The position numbers were made by a program, and so were the translations under genes. The notes below the pieces were generated by a model. That model searched no databases and was not told the DNA's origin. It saw only the letters and a program-made list of their open reading frames with translations. This document shows, piece after piece, positions 18,844 to 25,168 of a DNA stretch of 28,787 bases; position 1 is the stretch's first letter, and each line of letters begins with the position of its first letter. This DNA comes from a virus (taxonomy: Duplodnaviria; Caudoviricetes): IMG/VR virus record IMGVR_UViG_3300032291_000380, positions 1 to 28,787 of that record. The stretch is one strand, 5' to 3'.

Positions 18844-19520
18844 TCGCCTTTCAATTCGTTAGTGCGATTTCTAAAAAGTTTCATCAGTTCTTTGTGTTGC
18901 TCTTCATCTTCAGCTTTAAGTTTGTCGAAGATGTTGCGGTTCACTTTGAACAGTTCGAGGATGTCATCTTCACAAGTAACTTGTTCAAGTCCCTTGAGAG
19001 AGATGTCAAAGACTAACTTGATCCACTCATCCATTGGGTAGCCTTCATCAGCATCCAATATAAGTTTCCAAGATTTGTCTTTACCTTCCATCTTCCGAGG
19101 TGCGGATTTCGCTTTCGGCTCTGGTTTAGGTTCGGGTTTATCTTCCACTCGTGGGGAAGAATCAATGATGTCGTGCTCCACAATTTCCAAAGCAGCCATC
19201 CAGAGGTATCTCCGTTGGTAAGACAAAACGGCGCCCAAATTTTGGATCGGGTGAGCACCCTTTAGGTTAGCTTCAGCCATAGGAGAGGTCACAACGATCT
19301 GTGAGCCATCTTCTGTGTCGGTGATACATAGGGTAGCTTGAGTAGTATCAAACGACACCACACCGCACAGTCCAATATCGTCAAAGATAGTTTGGATGTG
19401 AGGTATAAAGTCACCCAACTCAAAGTAGGTGTAGCCTGCAAACTTATTCAGGCCAGACTTCTTCATCTCTGTACCTTGAAGCTTGACCCTAGCTTGCATT
19501 AGCTTTTTATGGACACTCAT
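18840..19520 (-). CDS. erf: ERF-family ssDNA-annealing recombinase
   Basis: KKSGLNKFAGYTYFELGD and IQNLGAVLSYQRRYLW..ALEIVEHD match the ERF G..xxY.RRY signature. Confidence 0.85.
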   Translation of the reverse strand: MSVHKKLMQARVKLQGTEMKKSGLNKFAGYTYFELGDFIPHIQTIFDDIGLCGVVSFDTTQATLCITDTEDGSQIVVTSPMAEANLKGAHPIQNLGAVLSYQRRYLWMAALEIVEHDIIDSSPRVEDKPEPKPEPKAKSAPRKMEGKDKSWKLILDADEGYPMDEWIKLVFDISLKGLEQVTCEDDILELFKVNRNIFDKLKAEDEEQHKELMKLFRNRTNELKGE

Positions 19521-19762
19521 AACTTCACTTCCTTGCGTTGACGACCTGGACGTTTCTTAGGTGTGCCATCTGCTTTCACGCCATACTTGTGCTGAGCGGA
19601 GGCAACAGTCACTGTGTTAGGAGGCATCTGTTTCTTTGATGCTTCAACCTCATTGGCAATGTAGTGAACCAATCGATTGACTTGCTTGAATGGCATATCC
19701 AACAGTCCAGTCAAAATTAATTCAGCTTCTTCACGAGAGACTATGATCTTTACTAAGTTCAT
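19517..19762 (-). CDS. Hypothetical protein with a basic AT-hook-like tail
   Basis: Start reassigned to the ATG at 19762 (ATGA overlap with the nuclease stop). 81 aa, ending YGVKADGTPKKRPGR. Confidence 0.65.
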   Translation of the reverse strand: MNLVKIIVSREEAELILTGLLDMPFKQVNRLVHYIANEVEASKKQMPPNTVTVASAQHKYGVKADGTPKKRPGRQRKEVKL

Positions 19763-20634
19763 GATTTTTCCTTTGTTGATAAATACTCTTTGTACTGAGA
19801 GCAGAACTGGCTGACTTGGCAATACTTCTCGCAGCGCGTTCTCTCTCCCTCTCTAACCTCCAAGATGTATCCCTTGGTTAATACTGCCTCTGCTTCTTCG
19901 AGAGTTCTATGAACACTCTTAGCTCGCATACCGCCTTCTTTCTTGATGGCGTATGTGGTGGGCTTCTCCCACATCTCTTCTGAATTACAGTTGGCCATGT
20001 CGCCTCCTGTCTCCATCTCAAACATCGCTTGTGCGTGTTTGTGTATTCTTCCCTTGATGAACTCTTCACGAGTAGCAAAGTCCCACAGTGGGATATCAAT
20101 CGTTGCTACTGGTGATTGAGGATAAGTTTCCTTGGCCTGTGCATCACGAGCAGACCAGTCACGAATGATGGCAATGATCTGTAACTTACCCACAGGTTTC
20201 TTCTTGATGTGTTCCACCATCCATGCGTAGATGTTTAACTGACGATGCCAGTCATCCTTCTCGTTCATCACTGCCCATGCTCCAGTGACCTTGTAGTCGG
20301 AGACAGTGATAGATCCATCGGCTTCTGTTTCTTGCAGGTCGATAGCACCTGAGATATGCCATCCATCAAACTCGGTGTGAAGGCGTTCTTCGACTACATG
20401 GTTATCACCCTTGCCATGCTCCAAGATGTTATGAACAGCAGAGCCGAACAGTGACCACACCATCTCGCTTGCGTCCTGCTCAATGTCATCCCAGTGTTTG
20501 TGCTTTAGCTGCACGATACGAGGAGAGCTGATGATCTCGGTTGCAGAGATATGAGCCTTACCTTTTGAGTAGGTTGGGCGGTGTATGACATTGACGAATG
20601 TCTGCGGTAAGTTGAACTTGTTTGTGAACTTCAT
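19759..20634 (-). CDS. PD-(D/E)XK superfamily (RecB/Cas4-like) exonuclease
   Basis: GSAVHNILE, SGAIDL, DYKVT, QLNIY and C-terminal RCEKYCQVSQFC; GGAGAGG SD; partner of ERF and SSB. Confidence 0.85.
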   Translation of the reverse strand: MKFTNKFNLPQTFVNVIHRPTYSKGKAHISATEIISSPRIVQLKHKHWDDIEQDASEMVWSLFGSAVHNILEHGKGDNHVVEERLHTEFDGWHISGAIDLQETEADGSITVSDYKVTGAWAVMNEKDDWHRQLNIYAWMVEHIKKKPVGKLQIIAIIRDWSARDAQAKETYPQSPVATIDIPLWDFATREEFIKGRIHKHAQAMFEMETGGDMANCNSEEMWEKPTTYAIKKEGGMRAKSVHRTLEEAEAVLTKGYILEVREGERTRCEKYCQVSQFCSQYKEYLSTKEKS

Positions 20635-20663
20635 TTCCTCTCCTATGTGTTAGTTGGTGATGC

Positions 20664-20692
20664 ATCATACCTGATATATTTTAAGTTTGCAA
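20664..20692 (-). promoter_or_regulatory. Sigma70-type promoter for the leftward operon
   Basis: On the minus strand TTGCAA (20692-20687), 17 nt spacer, TATGAT (20669-20664), about 30 nt upstream of the nuclease ATG. Confidence 0.65.
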
Positions 20693-20731
20693 TAGGTAGG
20701 TTAAAATATTTTGCATCAGGTAGGAGAGACT

Positions 20732-21019
20732 ATGAGAAGAGCCATGAGAGTGGATGCAAATCAAGAGCAGATCGTGAGTGCTTTAAGGGCGCGCGGTGCA
20801 GGTGTGAGGGTGATATCACAGGGCGATGGGATACCAGATCTACTCGTAGGCTACAAGGGGTTCACCATTCTTATGGAAGTTAAGGATGGTCAGAAAGTGC
20901 CATCTGCCAGGAAGCTCACGCCTGCGGAGCAGAAGTTCTTTGACGACTGGCAGGGTGGGATGTTGGTCATTGTAAATTCTGTTGACGAAGCACTTGAAAC
21001 TTTGAAGAGATGCGATTAA
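20732..21019 (+). CDS. VRR-NUC-like / Holliday-junction-resolvase-like endonuclease
   Basis: RVDANQ..IV.ALR, GIPDLLVG, MEVKD, LTPAEQKF motifs. ATG 20732 follows a GGAG SD and is preferred to TTG 20711. Confidence 0.8.
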   Translation: MRRAMRVDANQEQIVSALRARGAGVRVISQGDGIPDLLVGYKGFTILMEVKDGQKVPSARKLTPAEQKFFDDWQGGMLVIVNSVDEALETLKRCD

Positions 21020-21079
21020 CATGGTGACATTCCAGAGGGCTGGTTGTTTTGTGAGTTGCTACTTTCCTTGAATTGATTT

Positions 21080-21107
21080 GCGGGGTCTTCGGACTCCGCT
21101 TTTTTTT
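21080..21107 (+). terminator. Intrinsic terminator with a cUUCGg tetraloop
   Basis: GCGGGGTC-TTCG-GACTCCGC followed by T8. Confidence 0.85.
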
Positions 21108-21116
21108 GTTTAAAAA

Positions 21117-21707
21117 ATGACTAAGAAATTTCTTCATGTAGGCTGCGGTCACCAGACGAAGCGTGGCATTAAAGGGTTTGACTCTGACCAGTGGGAGGAG
21201 ATCAGGTTTGATATCGATGAGAGTGTCAAGCCTGACATCGTGGGTACTCTGACAGACATGAGTGCAGTGCCAACCGCCAGTGTCGATGCTATCTTTTCCA
21301 GTCACAACATAGAACATCTCTATGCCCACGAGGTGGCTCTTGCTTTAAAGGAATTCCACAGGGTGCTTAAGAGCGGTGGCTTTGTGGTTATCACCTGCCC
21401 CGACCTGCAAAGTGTCTGCGAAGTGGTGGCTAGGGGTGGGTTACTGGACACCCTTTATGTATCACCCGCAGGGCCAATAACGCCTATGGATATTCTGTAT
21501 GGGCATAGGGGTTACATAAAAAACGGCAATAAGTATATGGCTCACAATTGCGGTTTTACCTATAAGGTGCTAGACAGTTTCTTCAAAGAAGCTGGGTTTG
21601 CTAGGACAAGAGGGTTGGAAAGACCTACATCTTTTGACCTTTGGCTGATAGCTTTGAAGGAAGACAACATAGAATTATTGAGAGAGACTAAGGTTTTTTT
21701 GCCATAG
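21117..21707 (+). CDS. Class I SAM-dependent methyltransferase (type 11-like, not a DNA MTase)
   Basis: LHVGCG motif I, RFDID, SVDAIFSSHNIEHL, EFHRVLKSGG...TCPD. Confidence 0.85.
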   Translation: MTKKFLHVGCGHQTKRGIKGFDSDQWEEIRFDIDESVKPDIVGTLTDMSAVPTASVDAIFSSHNIEHLYAHEVALALKEFHRVLKSGGFVVITCPDLQSVCEVVARGGLLDTLYVSPAGPITPMDILYGHRGYIKNGNKYMAHNCGFTYKVLDSFFKEAGFARTRGLERPTSFDLWLIALKEDNIELLRETKVFLP

Positions 21708-21711
21708 GGTA

Positions 21712-21741
21712 TTGACACAGATTGATACTGTTTGATATAAA
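21712..21741 (+). promoter_or_regulatory. Strong sigma70-type promoter upstream of the structured region
   Basis: TTGACA (21712-17), 18 nt spacer, TATAAA (21736-41) with an extended -10 TG at 21733-34. Confidence 0.65.
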
Positions 21742-21746
21742 CGCCA

Positions 21747-21873
21747 TGTTGCTGTCGGAGGCAATAATTGAGGCTGTTTAGATGTGCGTTCCGCTTTACT
21801 TAATGCTTTCTGTGGGGAGAGCCATTAAGCAAGGCTCCGACCGGACGCACTTCTAAACAGCCTTTTTGTTTTT
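21747..21873 (+). ncRNA. Candidate small RNA/attenuator: 5' hairpin, long terminator-like hairpin and pseudoknot
   Basis: Stem 21771-21793 pairs with 21842-21863 (one bulge, one mismatch), with an inner CTTAATG/CATTAAG stem and TTTTTGTTTTT after it. GTCGGAG (21754-60) is complementary to the bulged CTCCGAC (21835-41). Confidence 0.55.
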
Positions 21874-21958
21874 GAGACTGGGACTGGTAGTGGGTTAGCG
21901 CCGCTACAGCTCTCCTAATGTTTTGAAAACACTGCTTAATGTGAGCAGTCTCAGTCTC
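21874..21958 (+). ncRNA. Candidate multi-stem structured element (not a tRNA)
   Basis: A 13-bp closing stem GAGACTGGGACTG/CAGTCTCAGTCTC encloses GTAGTGG-GTTAGCG-CCGCTAC and two smaller hairpins. Confidence 0.45.
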
Positions 21959-22250
21959 TCCTACAGTAGCCGTACTCCGCACGATAGCAAGCACCTGCAT
22001 GGGTGGCGCGGAATAGAACACCGGCACTGGTACACCCCCAGACAAATGCCGTCCAGCCTGTTAGCGAGGGACTGGGCAATGTAGTGGGACATGGTGAAAC
22101 AAGACCACTACAGACGAATCGCTACGTTCTGCGTACTCTAGGCAAGCCCCTCAGTGAGCTTCGCTGGGAGAGGGAGAGAGCTTCTCACCCTTGGGGAACC
22201 TATGGCTAAAATCTTTTTTCATACCTGATAGAAATATTTTCAACTAACTG

Positions 22251-22277
22251 TTGACAACGCATTTTTTCGTGTATACT
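22251..22277 (+). promoter_or_regulatory. Possible sigma70-type promoter (possibly leaderless transcript)
   Basis: TTGACA (22251-56) and TATACT (22272-77). The spacer is only 15 nt. The ATG at 22285 has no SD and lies about where transcription would start. Confidence 0.4.
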
Positions 22278-22284
22278 TCTGCAA

Positions 22285-22743
22285 ATGCGTAAACAAACTC
22301 GTAGAAAAGTGTATCGGTTAGTCAACCCAATTAGCTATGCTATAGAGGGTGCAACGATCACGCCTGAGGATATCTTAGACAAGCTTCGCCAGAGGGAGTT
22401 GACCTCGATAGAAGCTTTTAGGATGGGGCAAGCAGACCTGGCAGACTGGCAGATGATCAACGACATGGCTAATCTCTGTGAGGTTATGGCTAAGAGCGGG
22501 ATCGGGCCAGAGGCTTTGGAAGCAGCTGAGAGAACGCATGAGTATTTGCTTGAGGCGTATCACCGATATAACAAGACTAAGAAGATGGGTACTTCAGGTC
22601 TAGGACTGGTGGCGTTTCGGGATTGTTACGAGTACCACGACTTACAGAGGCAGTCTATCTCTAGGTCTGTGTATGAGCAGATGTTGACAAAGACGATGAA
22701 CCAGATCAGATCTAAGTCACCAGATGTTCTTGAGTTGAAGTAG
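22285..22743 (+). CDS. Conserved phage hypothetical protein
   Basis: 152-aa helical protein (MRK..RRK.Y.LVNPI.YAIEGA...YEYHDLQR.SISRS.YE). Confidence 0.75.
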   Translation: MRKQTRRKVYRLVNPISYAIEGATITPEDILDKLRQRELTSIEAFRMGQADLADWQMINDMANLCEVMAKSGIGPEALEAAERTHEYLLEAYHRYNKTKKMGTSGLGLVAFRDCYEYHDLQRQSISRSVYEQMLTKTMNQIRSKSPDVLELK

Positions 22744-22745
22744 GT

Positions 22746-22765
22746 ATTACTAAACGTTTATTCAT
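22746..22765. repeat. Right copy of the 20-bp inverted repeat (ATTACTAAACGTTTATTCAT)
   Basis: Exact reverse complement of 16330-16349. Confidence 0.9.
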
Positions 22766-22777
22766 AAGGAGAGGGAA

Positions 22778-22927
22778 ATGAAAGATGACGATGACATCCA
22801 AGACTATGTGAAACCTTGGGTAGGGCTAACAAAAAACGAGGTGGAGTTGCTGAGCTACATAGCCGATGGCAATACATGGATAGCGGTTGAACTGGCAGAG
22901 GCCAAACTAAAGGAGAAGAACACATGA
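22778..22927 (+). CDS. Small phage hypothetical protein, 49 aa (not in the ORF track)
   Basis: MKDDDDIQDYVKPWVGLTKNEV...AEAKLKEKNT; AAGGAG/GAGG SD; ATGA overlap with the next gene. Confidence 0.75.
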   Translation: MKDDDDIQDYVKPWVGLTKNEVELLSYIADGNTWIAVELAEAKLKEKNT

Positions 22928-23178
22928 TCCCCGAAGGAGCAAAACAATTTGTTATTGAAGAAAGCATTGCCGTTGAAGGCATCACTGACGAATATGTTTG
23001 GTATCACGCCAAACTCTTGTCAGACAAGATGCGCCAGTGGGATCACGACTTTCAGAAGCTTGTCAAAGTGATGGAGTCCCGCCATAACGAGCATCTCAAC
23101 ATGGTGCAGAACGCTCTCCACGAAAACCGCATATTGAGATTGCGTTTAAAGGAGAAAGACAATGGCAAAGCTGAGTGA
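22924..23178 (+). CDS. Hypothetical protein
   Basis: 84 aa, coupled start with AAGGAG upstream. Confidence 0.65.
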   Translation: MIPEGAKQFVIEESIAVEGITDEYVWYHAKLLSDKMRQWDHDFQKLVKVMESRHNEHLNMVQNALHENRILRLRLKEKDNGKAE

Positions 23179-23380
23179 GACAACTGCACGAACAACCATC
23201 GGCATGATGCGCTCAATAGCCAGTCACAAACCGATCAGTCCATTTCACTTGATGGCGGCAGATGAGATGGAGCGATTGCTGAATGAGGTAATTGAATACA
23301 GGAGGAAAGATGTTAAACAAAACACCAGAAGAACGAAAAGCGATAGCAGCCAAGGCACACGCAACGAGGAAGGCAAATAA
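23162..23380 (+). CDS. Hypothetical protein
   Basis: 72 aa, AAGGAG SD; the 3' end overlaps the GIY-YIG gene. Confidence 0.6.
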   Translation: MAKLSETTARTTIGMMRSIASHKPISPFHLMAADEMERLLNEVIEYRRKDVKQNTRRTKSDSSQGTRNEEGK

Positions 23381-23843
23381 AGCAAAGATAGATGCGGCTA
23401 GAGAAGAGGCTTTGATTTATGCCAATGGCCTCAAGGCAACGATTGCAAACCTAGAGTTTAGGTTAACTGCCCTGCATCATGAGGAGCAAATGAATGTTAT
23501 CTCATGTCAGCTAACCGACAAAGCATTGTTATCTCAAGAACAGATTGTTAAAGCATCTATACCTTGGGAGAGGTCTACTGGTGTTTACTTTCTAGTTTGG
23601 AACGATGAGGTTGTATATGTTGGGCAGTCGGTCAATGTTTACTCTCGCATTACACATCATTCAGCAAAGGAATTTGACAGGTATGCATACATTCCCTGCC
23701 ACGAAGATGCGCTTGATAGGTTGGAATCTTTGTACATACATTGCTTCCGACCACGATTAAATGGGAACGCAAACCCTACGGAAAAGAGTGCGCCAATCCG
23801 ATTGGACAAACTACTTGGAATTAAATTAAAGGAAAGCACATGA
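23310..23843 (+). CDS. GIY-YIG domain protein with an N-terminal coiled coil
   Basis: TGVYFL...VVYVGQS.NV.SRI..H...LE..YI..FRP.LN. ATG 23310 follows AGGAGG. Confidence 0.75.
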   Translation: MLNKTPEERKAIAAKAHATRKANKAKIDAAREEALIYANGLKATIANLEFRLTALHHEEQMNVISCQLTDKALLSQEQIVKASIPWERSTGVYFLVWNDEVVYVGQSVNVYSRITHHSAKEFDRYAYIPCHEDALDRLESLYIHCFRPRLNGNANPTEKSAPIRLDKLLGIKLKEST

Positions 23844-24040
23844 GCGAACCAAGTTTAAACATATGGGAAAAAGCGTTGGGGTGGAGAAAGCGACAGATGA
23901 TCATCAAACAACTTGACCCCATCACCAACAAGATACGCAACGACACCTTGGAAGAGGTGGCTAAAGAGTTTGACAAGATGAAGCCGTTTGGGGACACCGC
24001 CCAAAGCTTTGCTAAATATGTAAGGATGATGAAGAAATGA
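23840..24040 (+). CDS. Small phage hypothetical protein
   Basis: 66 aa with ATGA overlaps at both ends; RNDTLEEVAKEF...FGDTAQSFA.YVR motif. Confidence 0.7.
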   Translation: MSEPSLNIWEKALGWRKRQMIIKQLDPITNKIRNDTLEEVAKEFDKMKPFGDTAQSFAKYVRMMKK

Positions 24041-24210
24041 ATGGATTCGTAGCACGACAGATAACACTCGGTAGTAAGCAACCGACTCACCAACTCAAGC
24101 ATTGTGATGGATGCGAAGAGAAAAGACCGCCAGAGGGTGGTATTCAAATGTCCCAAAGTAAGTGGCACTGTGCCGCTTGTTGGACTAAACGAGCAATTAA
24201 AAGATCTTAA
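24037..24210 (+). CDS. Small Zn-finger-like protein, 57 aa (not in the ORF track)
   Basis: MNGFVARQ...HCDGCEEKRPPEGG...WHCAACW...; ATGA overlap upstream and a stop just before the next SD. Confidence 0.7.
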   Translation: MNGFVARQITLGSKQPTHQLKHCDGCEEKRPPEGGIQMSQSKWHCAACWTKRAIKRS

Positions 24211-24220
24211 GGAGATAAAG

Positions 24221-24376
24221 ATGGATGAAGCAAAGAGTGCGTTTGAAGCCTTGATGGTGACCAAACAAAAGAATGTATCTGACCTGTGGGATGGCAAGGC
24301 ATATACGAACAAGAACATTCATACCAAGTGGAGTTACTTCCTCATGGGTTGGACTATGGCTAAACAAGGAAAATAA
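24221..24376 (+). CDS. Small hypothetical protein, 51 aa
   Basis: Start moved from GTG 24104 to ATG 24221 after an AAGGAG SD; WDG..Y....I.TKW.YF.MGW. Confidence 0.65.
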   Translation: MDEAKSAFEALMVTKQKNVSDLWDGKAYTNKNIHTKWSYFLMGWTMAKQGK

Positions 24377-25168
24377 ATGTTATTAGATATTTCAAAACTA
24401 GATTTCAATTGCGACACTCAGGTTCGAGTAGAAGTTGTTGAGGAGACTGTTGAAGACTATGCATACAAGATGGAAAAAGGGGTGGAGTTCACTCCGATTG
24501 ATGTCTTCCACGATGGCTTGATCTACATCCCAGTCGATGGCTTTCACCGCATCTTGGCGGCTCAACGCTTGGGTCGTCAGAAGATCGAAGCAACGATCAT
24601 CAAGGGAACTAAACGAGCGGCTTGGTTGTACGCAAGGAAACACGCCAACAGTAAGAATGGTATGCGTCTAACCAACGCAGACAAGCGCAAGAAAGTCAAT
24701 GACTACTTGCAAGACTATGAGTGTATGTTCTGGACAGACGCTAAGATTGCAATTGAGGCTGATGTCTCCCTTCCATTTGTCACTCGTATGCGTGGTGGCA
24801 ATAAGCCTGAGAAGATTATTGTTGAGCGCAATGGCAAAACATTTGAGCGCAAGGGTAAGAATAAGGCTAAGCTAGAGAATGTAGTTGAAGCACCGATTGA
24901 GAAGGATGATCCTCGTGATGATGTGATCAAACACCTGGCAGAAGAGAATGAGAAACTCAAGGATCAGATGATCATTGGTGCTATCGATGACACTGGCGAA
25001 CAACAGACTGCATCAGAGTTAATAGAAGAACTTCGCAAAGAGAATCAGATCTTGTCTAACCAGTTGAACACAGTGAAGATCAGTAGAGACACACTCATGA
25101 ATGAGAATGCTCAACTGAAGAAACAAGTCGCTGTACTTCAACGCAAACTAAAGAGCTTGGAGTCATGA
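24377..25168 (+). CDS. ParB/Srx N-terminal domain protein with a C-terminal coiled coil
   Basis: TQVR...TVEDYA..M..G..F.PIDVF...VDGFHRILAA; N..NG.RLTNADKRK; HTH-like WTDAKIA....VS..FV..MR. Confidence 0.8.
   Translation: MLLDISKLDFNCDTQVRVEVVEETVEDYAYKMEKGVEFTPIDVFHDGLIYIPVDGFHRILAAQRLGRQKIEATIIKGTKRAAWLYARKHANSKNGMRLTNADKRKKVNDYLQDYECMFWTDAKIAIEADVSLPFVTRMRGGNKPEKIIVERNGKTFERKGKNKAKLENVVEAPIEKDDPRDDVIKHLAEENEKLKDQMIIGAIDDTGEQQTASELIEELRKENQILSNQLNTVKISRDTLMNENAQLKKQVAVLQRKLKSLES

Noticed and set aside
19759-20634. Calling the nuclease a CRISPR Cas4
   Set aside because: There is no array or other cas gene; its ERF/SSB context indicates a recombination exonuclease.
21874-21958. tRNA gene (cloverleaf-like, 7-nt loop containing TAG)
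   Set aside because: The closing stem is 13 bp, there is no TTCRA T-loop, D-loop GG or CCA, and the arm order is wrong.
21800-22209. ORFs 21800..22045 (-) and 22003..22209 (+)
   Set aside because: No clear SD or motifs, and the region is better explained by base-paired structure; coding cannot be fully excluded.
24104-24220. N-terminal extension of ORF 24104..24376
   Set aside because: It overlaps the better-supported Zn-finger ORF, and the SD points to ATG 24221.
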